A stretch of DNA of 64,000 nt from the human T2T-CHM13v2.0 reference genome, Homo sapiens. The DNA lies in the NCBI RefSeq assembly GCF_009914755.1, contig NC_060948.1; one strand, 5' to 3'. Below the pieces are notes generated by a model. That model worked only from the letters and a program-made list of their open reading frames with translations, was not told the origin of the DNA and searched no databases. This document shows positions 41,507 to 55,757 of this stretch, one piece after another. The first letter of the stretch is position 1, and every line of letters starts with the position of its first letter. A program made the position numbers and the translations under genes.

Positions 41507-44500
41507 GGCCTGGAATAAAGTGGAATGCTACGGTCTCGAATGGAATAAAAATGTATGGAATGGAATACAAAGAAACGGAATCGAATGTCATAGAATGTAA
41601 TGGAATGCAACAAAATGGAATCCAAAATCATTGACTGGAAAGGCTGGGTGTCGAAAGGAATTGACTCCAATGGAATGGAATCGAATGGAATGGAAGTGAA
41701 TAGAATCGAACTAAATCGAATGGAATGGAATTGATAGGAACGGAATGGAAAGGAATGCAATGATTTGGCATGGAATGGAATCGAATGGCATCGAATGGAA
41801 TGGAATGGAATGCAATGGAATGGAATGTATTAGAATGTAATGAACTTTAATGGAATGTACTCGAATGGATTCGACTGGAATGGAATGTTCTGGAAGTGAA
41901 TGGACTCCAATGGAATGGATTCAAAAGGAATGGAATCGTACGGAATGGAATCTAATGGAATGGAATTAAATGGAAATGAATCAAATTGAATAGCACGGAA
42001 TTGAATTGAATGGAATGGAATGCAATGGAATCTAATGAAACGGAAAGGAAAGGAATGGAATGGAATGGAATGGGCTGGAATGGAAAGGAATCGAAACGAA
42101 TGGAATGGAATCGAACTGAAGAGACTGGAATGGAATGCACTGGAATGGAAGGGAGTGTAATGGAAGGTTCTCGAAAAAAATGGAATCGAATGGAATGGAA
42201 TTGAATGGAACGGAATAGAGTCGAATGGAATTGAATGGAATGGAATGGACTAGAGTGAAATGGAATCAAACCACAAGGAATGGAGAGGAATAGAATGGTC
42301 TCGAATTGAATGGAATCGTATGGAATGGCATCAAACGGAATGGAATGGACAGCCACGGAATGGAATGCACTCGAATGCAATGGAGTCGAAACTAATGGAC
42401 TGGAATAGAATGGACTCGACTGGTACGGACTCCAATGGAATGGAATCGAATGGAAAGGAATCGAACGGAATGGACTCGAAGGGAAAAGACTGCAATGGAA
42501 AGGTCTCGAATGGAATGGAAATTAATGGAATGGAATGGAATCGAATGAAATGGAGTCAAAAGGAATGGAATCGAATGGCAACAAATCGAATGTAATGGAA
42601 TGGCAAGGAATTGATGTGAACGGAACGGAATGGAATGGAATCCAAAGGAATGGAATAGAATGGAATGGAATCGAATGGAAAGGACTCGAATGGAAATCAC
42701 TCGAATAGAATGCAATTTAATAAAATAGGATCAAATGTAATGGAATGGAATGGAAAGGAATCGAAACGAAAGGAATGGAGACAGATGGAATGGAATAGAA
42801 CAGAGAGCAATGGTATGGAATGGAATGGAATCATCTGGAATGGAATTGAATGGAATGGAATAATATGAAATGGAATGGAATGGAATGGAATGGAATGGAA
42901 TGCCCTTGAATTAAATGGACTGGAATGGAATGGACTCGAACAGAGTGGAATGGAAAGTGTTGAGATAGAATGGAATGGACTCCTTTGGAATGGTGTAGTA
43001 TGCAATGCAATCGACTGGCAGGGAATCAAAAGGAATGTAATGGAATGGACTGGACTGGAATGCAATGGACTCGAATAGATTGGAAACGGAATGCAAAGAA
43101 ATGGAATGGAATAGTATGGAATGGAATGGAAAGGAATGGAGTGGAATAGACTACAGTGGAATGGAATGGACTGGAAAGCAATGGACTGGAATGGAACTTT
43201 CTTGAATGGACTGGAATCAAACGGAATGGAATGCAATGCAATCAAATGGCATGGAATAAAATAGAATGAAAGAGAATCAAATGGAATTGAATCGAATGGA
43301 ATCGAATGGATTGGAAAGGAATAGAATGGAATGGAATGGAATGGACTCAAATGGAATGGACTAGAATGGAATGGATTCGAATGGAAGGCAAAGGAATGGA
43401 ATCTATTGGAATGGACTGTAATGGAATGGAATGGAAGGGATTGGAATGGACTCGAATGGAATGGACTGCAATAGAAAGGATTCGAATGGAATGAAAAAGA
43501 ATTGAATGGAATAGAACAGAATGGAATCAAATCGAATGAAATGGAATGGAATAGAAAGGAATGGAATGAAATGGAATGGAAAGGATTCGAATGGAATGCA
43601 ATCGAATGGAATGGAATCGAACGGAATGGAATAAAATGGAAGAAAACTGGCAAGAAATGGAATCGAAATGAATGGAGTGTTATGGAACGGACTCAAAAGG
43701 AATTGAATGTAATAGAATGGAGTGGAGTGGACTCGAATATAATGGACTGGAATGGAATGAAATCACATGGAATGGGAACGAATGGAATGGAATGGAAAGG
43801 AATGGAATCGAATGGAAAGGAATCGAATGGAAGGGAATGAAATTGAATCAACAGGAATGGAAGGGAATAGAATAGACGGTAATGGAATGGACTCGAATAG
43901 AATGGACACGAATGCTCAAATTGAATGGACTCGAATGGAATGGAAACGAAAGGAATGTCATCGAATGGAATTGAATCGATTGGAATGAAATCGCATAGAA
44001 TGGAGTGGAATCAAATGGAATTGAATCGAAAGGAAAGGAAGCGAATGGACTGAAATGAAATGGAATGGAATTGAATGGAAAGTAATGCAATGGAATAGAA
44101 TGGAACGAAATTTCACGGAATGGAATCAAACTGAATGGAATCAAATCAATGGAATCAAATCAAATGGAATGGAAAGGAATTGAATGGAGTAGATTGGATT
44201 GGATGGGATTGGAATGAAATGTACTGGAAAGGACTCGAATTTCATGAAACGGAATGGAATGAATTGGAACGGAATGGACTCGAATGGAATGGAATGTCAT
44301 GGAATGGCATCAAATGGAATGGCATCAAATGGAATGGAATCGAATGCAATGGAATGCTATGGAATGGAATGGAATGCATTGGAATGGAATGTCCTCTAAT
44401 GGAATGGATTCGAGTGGAATGGAATCGAATATAATGGAGTCGAATGAAATGGAATTGAAAGGAATGGGATCGAATACAATGGAATATACTGGAATGTAAT

Positions 44501-45070
44501 GTAATGAACTCGAATGTAATTGACTGGAATGGAATGTACATGAATGGAATGTAATCGAATGGAAAGTAATCCAATGGAATAGAATCTAATGCAATAAAAT
44601 CGACTCAGATAGAGTAGAATGTAATGGAATGGAGTGCAGTGCAATGGAATGGAATGGAATGGAATGCAATTGAACGGAATGGAATGGAATGGAATGGAAT
44701 GGAATGGGATGGAATGGTATGGAATGGATAGTAATGGACTGGAGTGAAATGGACTGGAAAGGAATGGACTCAAATTGAAAGGGCTCGAAAGGAATGGAGT
44801 CAAATGGAATGGTCTGGAATGGAATGAACACGAATGTAATGCAATCCAATAGAATGGAATCGAATGGCATGGAATATAAAGAAATGGAATCGGAGAGAAT
44901 GGAAACAAATGGAATGGAATTGAATGGAATGGAATTGAATGGAATGGGAACGAATGGAGTGAAATTGTATGCAGTAGAAGGGAATAGAATGGAATGCAAG
45001 CGAAAGGAAAGGAATGGATTGGAATGGAATGGAATTCATTGGAATGGAAGGGAATGTAGTGTAATGGACA
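41507..45070 (+). repeat. DYZ1 unit 12 (3564 bp)
   Basis: Spacing of GGCC landmarks. Confidence 0.9.
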
Positions 45071-48000
45071 GGCCTGGAATAAAGTGGAATGCTACGGTCT
45101 CGAATGGAATAAAAATGTATGGAATGGAATGCAATGAAATGGAATCGAATGTCATAGAATGTAATGGAATGCAACAAAATGGAATCCAAAATCATTGACT
45201 GGAAAGGCTGGGTGTCGAAAGGAATTGACTCCAATGGAATGGAATCGAATGGAATGGAAGTGAATAGAATCGAACTAAATCGAATGGAATGGAATTGATA
45301 GGAACGGAATGGAAAGGAATGCAATGATTTGGCATGGAATGGAATCGAATGGCATCGAATGGAATGGAATGGAATGCAATGGAATGGAATGTATTAGAAT
45401 GTAATGAACTTTAATGGAATGTACTCGAATGGATTCGACTGGAATGGAATGTTCTGGAAGTGAATGGACTCCAATGGAATAGATTCCAAAGGAATGGAAT
45501 CGTACGGAATGGAATCTAATGGAATGGAATTAAATGGAAATGAATCAAATTGAATAGCACGGAATTGAATTGAATGGAATGGAATGCAATGGAATCTAAT
45601 GAAACGGAATGGAAAGGAATGGAATGGAATGGAATGGGCTGGAATGGAAAGGAATCGAAACGAATGGAATGGAATCGAACTGAAGAGACTGGAATGGAAT
45701 GCACTGGAATGGAAGGGAGTGTAATGGAAGGTTCTCGAAAAAAATGGAATCGAATGGAATGGAATTGAATGGAACGGAATAGAGTCGAATGGAATTGAAT
45801 GGAATGGAATGGACTAGAGTGATATGGAATCGAACCACAAGGAATGGAGAGGAATAGAATGGTCTCGAATTGAATGGAATCGTATGGAGTGGCATCAAAC
45901 GGAATGGAATGGACAGCCACGGAATGGAATGCACTCGAATGCAATGGAGTCGAAACTAATGGACTGGAATAGAATGGACTCGACTGGTACGGACTCCAAT
46001 GGAATGGAATCGAATGGAAGGGAATCGAACGGAATGGACTCGAAGGGAAAAGACTGCAATGGAAAGGTCTCGAATGGAATGGAAATTAATGGAATGGAAT
46101 GGAATCGAATGAAATGGAGTCAAAAGGAATGGAATCGAATGGCAACAAATCGAATGTAATGGAATCGCAAGGAATTGACGTGAAAGGAACGGAATGGAAT
46201 GGAATCCAAAGGAATGGAATAGAATGGAATGGAATCGAATGGAAAGGACTCGAATGGAAATCACTCGAATAGAATGCAATTTAATAAAATAGGATCAAAT
46301 GTAATGGAATGGAATGGAAAGGAATCGAAACGAAAGGAATGGAGACAGATGGAATGGAATGGAACAGAGAGCAATGGTATAGAATGGAATGGAATCATCT
46401 GGAATGGAATTGAATGGAATGGAATAATATGAAATGGAATGGAATGGAATGGAATGGAATGCCCTTGAATTAAATGGACTGGAATGGAATGGACTCGAAC
46501 AGAGTGGAATGGAAAGTGTTGAGATAGAATGGAATGGACTCCTTTGGAATGGTGTAGTATGCAATGCAATCGACTGGCAGGGAATCAAAAGGAATGTAAT
46601 GGAATGGACTGGACTGGAATGCAATGGACTCGAATAGATTGGAAACGGAATGCAAAGAAATGGAATGGAATAGTATGGAATGGAATGGAAAGGAATGGAG
46701 TGGAATAGACTAGAGTGGAATGGAATGGACTGGAAAGCAATGGACTGGAATGGAACTTTCTTGAATGGACTGGAATCAAACGGAATGGAATGCAATGCAA
46801 TCAAATGGCATGGAATAAAATAGAATGAAAGAGAATCAAATGGAATTGAATCGAATGGAATCGAATGGATTGGAAAGGAATAGAATGGAATGGAATGGAA
46901 TGGACTCAAATGGAATGGACTAGAATGGAATGGATTCGAATGGAAGGCAAAGGAATGGAATCTACTGGAATGGACTGTAATGGAATGGAATGGAAGGGAT
47001 TGGAATGGACTCGAATGGAATGGACTGCAATAGAAAGGATTCGAATGGAATGAAAAAGAATTGAATGGAATAGAACAGAATGGAATCAAATCGAATGAAA
47101 TGGAATGGAATAGAAAGGAATGGAATGAAATGGAATGGAAAGGATTCGAATGGAATGCAATCGAATGGAATGGAATCGAACGGAATGGAATAAAATGGAA
47201 GAAAACTGGCAAGAAATGGAATCGAAATGAATGGAGTGTTATGGAACGGACTCAAAAGGAATTGAATGTAATAGAATGGAGTGGAGTGGACTCGAATATA
47301 ATGGACTGGAATGGAATGAAATCACATGGAATGGGAACGAATGGAATGGAATGGAAAGGAATGGAATCGAATGGAAAGGAATCGAATGGAAGGGAATGAA
47401 ATTGAATCAACAGGAATGGAAGGGAATAGAATAGACGGTAATGGAATGGACTCGAATAGAATGGACACGAATGCTCAAATTAAATGGACTCGAATGGAAT
47501 GGAAACGAAAGGAATGTCATCGAATGGAATTGAATCGATTGGAATGAAATCGCATAGAATGGAGTGGAATCAAATGGAATTGAATCGAAAGGAAAGGAAG
47601 CGAATGGACTGAAATGAAATGGAATGGAATTGAATGGAAAGTAATGCAATGGAATAGAATGGAACGAAATTTCACGGAATGGAATCAAACTGAATGGAAT
47701 CAAATCAATGGAATCAAATCAAATGGAATGGAAAGGAATTGAATGGAGTAGATTGGATTGGATGGGATTGGAATGAAATGTACTGGAAAGGACTCGAATT
47801 TCATGAAACGGAATGGAATGAATTGGAACGGAATGGACTCGAATGGAATGGAATGTCATGGAATGGCATCAAATGGAATGGCATCAAATGGAATGGAATC
47901 GAATGCAATGGAATGCTATGGAATGGAATGGAATGCATTGGAATGGAATGTCCTCTAATGGAATGGATTCGAGTGGAATGGAATCGAATATAATGGAGTC

Positions 48001-48629
48001 GAATGAAATGGAATTGAAAGGAATGGGATCGAATAGAATGGAATATACTGGAATGTAATGTAATGAACTCGAATGTAATTGACTGGAATGGAATGTACAT
48101 GAATGGAATGTAATCGAATGGAAAGTAATCCAATGGAATAGAATCTAATGCAATAAAACCGACTCAGATAGAGTAGAATGTAATGGAATGGAGTGCAGTG
48201 CAATGGAAGGGAATGGAGTTGAATGCAATGGAATGGAATGGAATGGAATGGAATGGAATGGAATGGGATGGAATGGTATGGAATGGATAGTAATGGACTG
48301 GAGTGAAATGGACTGGAAAGGAATGGACTCAAATTGAAAGGGCTCGAAAGGAATGGAGTCAAATGGAATGGTCTGGAATGGAATGAACACGAATGTAATG
48401 CAATCCAATAGAATGGAATCGAATGGCATGGAATATAAAGAAATGGAATCGAAGAGAATGGAAACAAATGGAATGGAATTGAATGGAATGGAATTGAATG
48501 GAATGGGAACGAATGGAGTGAAATTGTATGCAGTAGAAGGGAATAGAATGGAATGCAAGCGAAAGGAAAGGAATGGATTGGAATGGAATGGAATTCATTG
48601 GAATGGAAGGGAATGTAGTGTAATGGACA
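45071..48629 (+). repeat. DYZ1 unit 13 (3559 bp)
   Basis: Spacing of GGCC landmarks. Confidence 0.9.
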
Positions 48630-51600
48630 GGCCTGGAATAAAGTGGAATGCTACGGTCTCGAATGGAATAAAAATGTATGGAATGGAATGCAATGAAACG
48701 GAATCGAATGTCATAGAATGTAATGGAATGCAAAAAAATGGAATCCAAAATCATTGACTGGAAAGGCTGGGTGTCGAAAGGAATTGACTCCAATGGAATG
48801 GAATCGAATGGAATGGAAGTGAATAGAATCGAACTAAATCGAATGGAATGGAATTGATAGGAACGGAATGGAAAGGAATGCAATGATTTGGCATGGAATG
48901 GAATCGAATGGCATCGAATGGAATGGAATGGAATGCAATGGAATGGAATGTATTAGAATGTAATGAACTTTAATGGAATGTACTCGAATGGATTCGACTG
49001 GAATGGAATGTTCTGGAAGTGAATGGACTCCAATGGAATGGATTCAAAAGGAATGGAATCGTACGGAATGGAATCTAATGGAATGGAATTAAATGGAAAT
49101 GAATCAAATTGAATAGCACGGAATTGAATTGAATGGAATGGAATGCAATGGAATCTAATGAAACGGAAAGGAAAGGAATGGAATGGAATGGAATGGACTG
49201 GAATGGAAAGGAATCGAAACGAATGGAATGGAATCGAACTGAAGAGACTGGAATGGAATGCACTGGAATGGAAGGGAGTGTAATGGAAGGTTCTCGAAAA
49301 AAATGGAATCGAATGGAATGGAATTAAATGGAACGGAATAGAGTCGAATGGAATTGAATGGAATGGAATGGACTAGAGTGAAATGGAATCGAACCACAAG
49401 GAATGGACATGAATAGAATGGAATCGAATTGAATGGAATCGTATGGAATGGCATCAAACGGAATGGAATGGACAGCCACGGAATGGAATGCACTCGAATG
49501 CAATGGAGTCGAAACTAATGGACTGGAATAGAATGGACTCGACTGGTACGGACTCCAATGGAATGGAATCGAATGGAAGGGAATCGAACGGAATGGACTC
49601 GAAGGGAAAAGACTGCAATGGAAAGGTCTCGAATGGAATGGAAATTAATGGAATGGAATGGAATCGAATGAAATGGAGTCAAAAGGAATGGAATCGTATG
49701 GCAAGAAATCGAATGTAATGGAATCACAAGGAATTGATGTGAACGGAACGGAATGGAATGGAATCCAAAGGAATGGAATAGAATGGAATGGAATCGAATG
49801 GAAAGGACTCGAATGGAAATCACTCGAATAGAATGCAATTTAATAAAATAGGATCAAATGTAATGGAATGGAATGGAAAGGAATCGAAACGAAAGGAATG
49901 GAGACAGATGGAATGGAATAGAACAGAGAGCAATGGTATGGAATGGAATGGAATCATCTAGAATGGAACTGAATGGAATGGAATAATATGAAATGGAATG
50001 GAATGGAATGGAATGGAATGCCCTTGAATTAAATGGACTGGAATGGAATGGACTCGAACAGAGTGGAATGGAAAGTGTTGAGATAGAATGGAATGGACTC
50101 CTTTGGAATGGTCTAGTATGCAATGCAATCGACTGGCAGGGAATCAAAAGGAATGTAATGGAATGGACTGGACTGGAATGCAATGGACTCGAATAGATTG
50201 GAAACGGAATGCAAAGAAATGGAATGGAATAGTATGGAATGGAATGGAAAGGAATGGAGTGGAATAGACTAGAGTGGAATGGAATGGACTGGAAAGCAAT
50301 GGACTGGAATGGAACTTTCTTGAATGGACTGGAATCAAACGGAATGGAATGCAATGCAATCAAATGGCATGGAATAAAATAGAATGAAAGAGAATCAAAT
50401 GGAATTGAATCGAATGGAATCGAATGGATTGGAAAGGAATAGAATGGAATGGAATGGAATTGACTCAAATGGAATGGACTAGAATGGAATGGATTCGAAT
50501 GGAAGGCAAAGGAATGGAATCTATTGGAATGGACTGTAATGGAATGGAATGGAAGGGATTGGAATGGACTCGAATGGAATGGACTGCAATAGAAAGGATT
50601 CGAATGGAATGAAAAAGAATTGAATGGAATAGAACAGAATGGAATCAAATCGAATGAAATGGAATGGAATAGAAAGGAATGGAATGAAATGGAATGGAAA
50701 GGATTCGAATGGAATGCAATCGAATGGAATGGAATCGAACGGAATGGAATAAAATGGAAGAAAACTGGCAAGAAATGGAATCGAAATGAATGGAGTGTTA
50801 TGGAACGGACTCAAAAGGAATTGAATGTAATAGAATGGAGTGGAGTGGACTCGAATATAATGGACTGGAATGGAATGAAATCACATGGAATGGGAACGAA
50901 TGGAATGGAATGGAAAGGAATGGAATGGAATGGAAAGGAATCGAATGGAAGGGAATGAAATTGAATCAACAGGAATGGAAGGGAATAGAATAGACGGTAA
51001 TGGAATGGACTCGAATAGAATGGACACGAATGCTCAAATTGAATGGACTCGAATGGAATGGAAACGAAAGGAATGTCATCGAATGGAATTGAATCGATTG
51101 GAATGAAATCGCATAGAATGGAGTGGAATCAAATGGAATTGAATCGAAAGGAAAGGAAGCGAATGGACTGAAATGAAATGGAATGGAATTGAATGGAAAG
51201 TAATGCAATGGAATAGAATGGAACGAAATTTCACGGAATGGAATCAAACTGAATGGAATCAAATCAATGGAATCAAATCAAATGGAATGGAAAGGAATTG
51301 AATGGAGTAGATTGGATTGGATGGGATTGGAATGAAATGTACTGGAAAGGACTCGAATTTCATGAAACGGAATGGAATGAATTGGAACGGAATGGACTCG
51401 AATGGAATGGAATGTCATGGAATGGCATCAAATGGAATGGCATCAAATGGAATAGAATCGAATGCAATGGAATGCTATGGAATGGAATGGAATGCATTGG
51501 AATGGAATGTCCTCTAATGGAATGGATTCGAGTGGAATGGAATCGAATATAATGGAGTCGAATGAAATGGAATTGAAAGGAATGGGATCGAATACAATGG

Positions 51601-52188
51601 AATATACTGGAATGTAACGTAATGAACTCGAATGTAATTGACTCGAATGGAATGTACATGAATGGAATGTAATCGAATGGAAAGTAATCCAATGGAATAG
51701 AATCTAATGCAATAAAATCGACTCAGATAGAGTAGAATGTAATGGAATGGAGTGCAGTGCAATGGAATGGAATGGAATGGAATGCAATTGAATGGAATGG
51801 AATGGAATGGAATGGAATGGAATGGGATGGAATGGTATGGAATGGATAGTAATGGACTGGAGTGAAATGGACTGGAAAGGAATGGACTCAAATTGAAAGG
51901 GCTCAAAAGGAATGGAGTCAAATGGAATGGTCTGGAATGGAATGAACACGAATGTAATGCAATCCAAAAGAATGGAATCGAATGGCATGGAATATAAAGA
52001 AATGGAATCGGAGAGAATGGAAACAAATGGAATGGAATTGAATGGAATGGAATTGAATGGAATGGGAACGAATGGAGTGAAATTGTATGCAGTAGAAGGG
52101 AATAGAATGGAATGCAAGCGAAAGGAAAGGAATGGATTGGAATGGAATGGAATTCATTGGAATGGAAGGGAATGTAGTGTAATGGACA
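48630..52188 (+). repeat. DYZ1 unit 14 (3559 bp)
   Basis: Spacing of GGCC landmarks. Confidence 0.9.
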
Positions 52189-55100
52189 GGCCTGGAATAA
52201 AGTGGAATGCTACGGTCTCGAATGGAATAAAAATGTATGGAATGGAATGCAATGAAATGGAATCGAATGTCATAGAATGTAATGGAATGCAACAAAATGG
52301 AATCCAAAATCATTGACTGGAAAGGCTGGGTGTCGAAAGGAATTGACTCCAATGGAATGGAATCGAATGGAATGGAAGTGAATAGAATCGAACTAAATCG
52401 AATGGAATGGAATTGATAGGAACGGAATGGAAAGGAATGCAATGATTTGGCATGGAAGGGAATCGAATGGCATCGAATGGAATGGAATGGAATGCAATGG
52501 AATGGAATGTATTAGAATGTAATGAACTTTAATGGAATGTACTCGAATGGATTCGACTGGAATGGAATGTTCTGGAAGTGAATGGACTCCAATGGAATAG
52601 ATTCCAAAGGAATGGAATCGTACGGAATGGAATCTAATGGAATGGAATTAAATGGAAATGAATCAAATTGAATAGCACGGAATTGAATTGAATGGAATGG
52701 AATGCAATGGAATCTAATGAAACGGAAAGGAAAGGAATGGAATGGAATGGAATGGGCTGGAATGGAAAGGAATCGAAACGAATGGAATGGAATCGAACTG
52801 AAGAGACTGGAATGGAATGCACTGGAATGGAAGGGAGTGTAATGGAAGGTTCTCGAAAAAAATGGAATCGAATGGAATGGAATTGAATGGAACGGAATAG
52901 AGTCGAATGGAATTGAATGGAATGGAATGGACTAGAGTGATATGGAATCGAACCACAAGGAATGGAGAGGAATAGAATGGTCTCGAATTGAATGGAATCG
53001 TATGGAGTGGCATCAAACGGAATGGAATGGACAGCCACGGAATGGAATGCACTCGAATGCAATGGAGTCGAAACTAATGGACTGGAATAGAATGGACTCG
53101 ACTGGTACGGACTCCAATGGAATGGAATCGAATGGAAGGGAATCGAACGGAATGGACTCGAAGGGAAAAGACTGCAATGGAAAGGTCTCGAATGGAATGG
53201 AAATTAATGGAATGGAATGGAATCGAATGAAATGGAGTCAAAAGGAATGGAATCGAATGGCAACAAATCGAATGTAATGGAATCGCAAGGAATTGACGTG
53301 AAAGTAACGGAATGGAATGGAATCCAAAGGAATGGAATAGAATGGAATGGAATCGAATGGAAAGGACTCGAATGGAAATCACTCGAATAGAATGCAATTT
53401 AATAAAATAGGATCAAATGTAATGGAATGGAATGGAAAGGAATCGAAACGAAAGGAATGGAGACAGATGGAATGGAATGGAACAGAGAGCAATGGTGTAG
53501 AATGGAGTGGAATCATCTGGAATGGAATTGAATGGAATGGAATAATATGAAATGGAATGGAATGGAATGGAATGGAATGCCCTTGAATTAAATGGACTGG
53601 AATGGAATGGACTCGAACAGAGTGGAATGGAAAGTGTTGAGATAGAATGGAATGGACTCCTTTGGAATGGTGTAGTATGCAATGCAATCGACTGGCAGGG
53701 AATCAAAAGGAATGTAATGGAATGGACTGGACTGGAATGCAATGGACTCGAATAGATTGGAAACGGAATGCAAAGAAATGGAATGGAATAGTATGGAATG
53801 GAATGGAAAGGAATGGAGTGGAATAGACTAGAGTGGAATGGAATGGACTGGAAAGCAATGGACTGGAATGGAACTTTCTTGAATGGACTGGAATCAAACG
53901 GAATGGAATGCAATGCAATCAAATGGCATGGAATAAAATAGAATGAAAGAGAATCAAATGGAATTGAATCGAATGGAATCGAATGGATTGGAAAGGAATA
54001 GAATGGAATGGAATGGAATGGACTCAAATGGAATGGACTAGAATGGAATGGATTCGAATGGAAGGCAAAGGAATGGAATCTATTGGAATGGACTGTAATG
54101 GAATGGAATGGAAGGGATTGGAATGGACTCGAATGGAATGGACTGCAATAGAAAGGATTCGAATGGAATGAAAAAGAATTGAATGGAATAGAACAGAATG
54201 GAATCAAATCGAATGAAATGGAATGGAATAGAAAGGAATGGAATGAAATGGAATGGAAAGGATTCGAATGGAATGCAATCGAATGGAATGGAATCGAACG
54301 GAATGGAATAAAATGGAAGAAAACTGGCAAGAAATGGAATCGAAATGAATGGAGTGTTATGGAACGGACTCAAAAGGAATTGAATGTAATAGAATGGAGT
54401 GGAGTGGACTCGAATATAATGGACTGGAATGGAATGAAATCACATGGAATGGGAACGAATGGAATGGAATGGAAAGGAATGGAATCGAATGGAAAGGAAT
54501 CGAATGGAAGGGAATGAAATTGAATCAACAGGAATGGAAGGGAATAGAATAGACGGTAATGGAATGGACTCGAATAGAATGGACACGAATGCTCAAATTA
54601 AATGGACTCGAATGGAATGGAAACGAAAGGAATGTCATCGAATGGAATTGAATCGATTGGAATGAAATCGCATAGAATGGAGTGGAATCAAATGGAATTG
54701 AATCGAAAGGAAAGGAAGCGAATGGACTGAAATGAAATGGAATGGAATTGAATGGAAAGTAATGCAATGGAATAGAATGGAACGAAATTTCACGGAATGG
54801 AATCAAACTGAATGGAATCAAATCAATGGAATCAAATCAAATGGAATGGAAAGGAATTGAATGGAGTAGATTGGATTGGATGGGATTGGAATGAAATGTA
54901 CTGGAAAGGACTCGAATTTCATGAAACGGAATGGAATGAATTGGAACGGAATGGACTCGAATGGAATGGAATGTCATGGAATGGCATCAAATGGAATGGC
55001 ATCAAATGGAATGGAATCGAATGCAATGGAATGCTATGGAATGGAATGGAATGCATTGGAATGGAATGTCCTCTAATGGAATGGATTCGAGTGGAATGGA

Positions 55101-55757
55101 ATCGAATATAATGGAGTCGAATGAAATGGAATTGAAAGGAATGGGATCGAATAGAATGGAATATACTGGAATGTAATGTAATGAACTCGAATGTAATTGA
55201 CTGGAATGGAATGTACATGAATGGAATGTAATCGAATGGAAAGTAATCCAATGGAATAGAATCTAATGCAATAAAACCGACTCAGATAGAGTAGAATGTA
55301 ATGGAATGGAGTGCAGTACAATGGAAGGGAATGGAATTGAATGCAATGGAATGGAATGGAATGGAATGGAATGGAATGGAATGGAATGGAATGGGATGGA
55401 ATGGTATGGAATGGATAGTAATGGACTGGAGTGAAATGGACTGGAAAGGAATGGACTCAAATTGAAAGGGCTCGAAAGGAATGGAGTCAAATGGAATGGT
55501 CTGGAATGGAATGAACACGAATGTAATGCAATCCAATAGAATGGAATCGAATGGCATGGAATATAAAGAAATGGAATCGAAGAGAATGGAAACAAATGGA
55601 ATGGAATTGAATGGAATGGAATTGAATGGAATGGGAACGAATGGAGTGAAATTGTATGCAGTAGAAGGGAATAGAATGGAATGCAAGCGAAAGGAAAGGA
55701 ATGGATTGGAATGGAATGGAATTCATTGGAATGGAAGGGAATGTAGTGTAATGGACA
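52189..55757 (+). repeat. DYZ1 unit 15 (3569 bp; unit-13 type)
   Basis: Spacing of GGCC landmarks; GATATGG, TATGGAGTGG, TTGACGTGAAAG and CAAATTAAATGG variants shared with unit 13. Confidence 0.9.
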
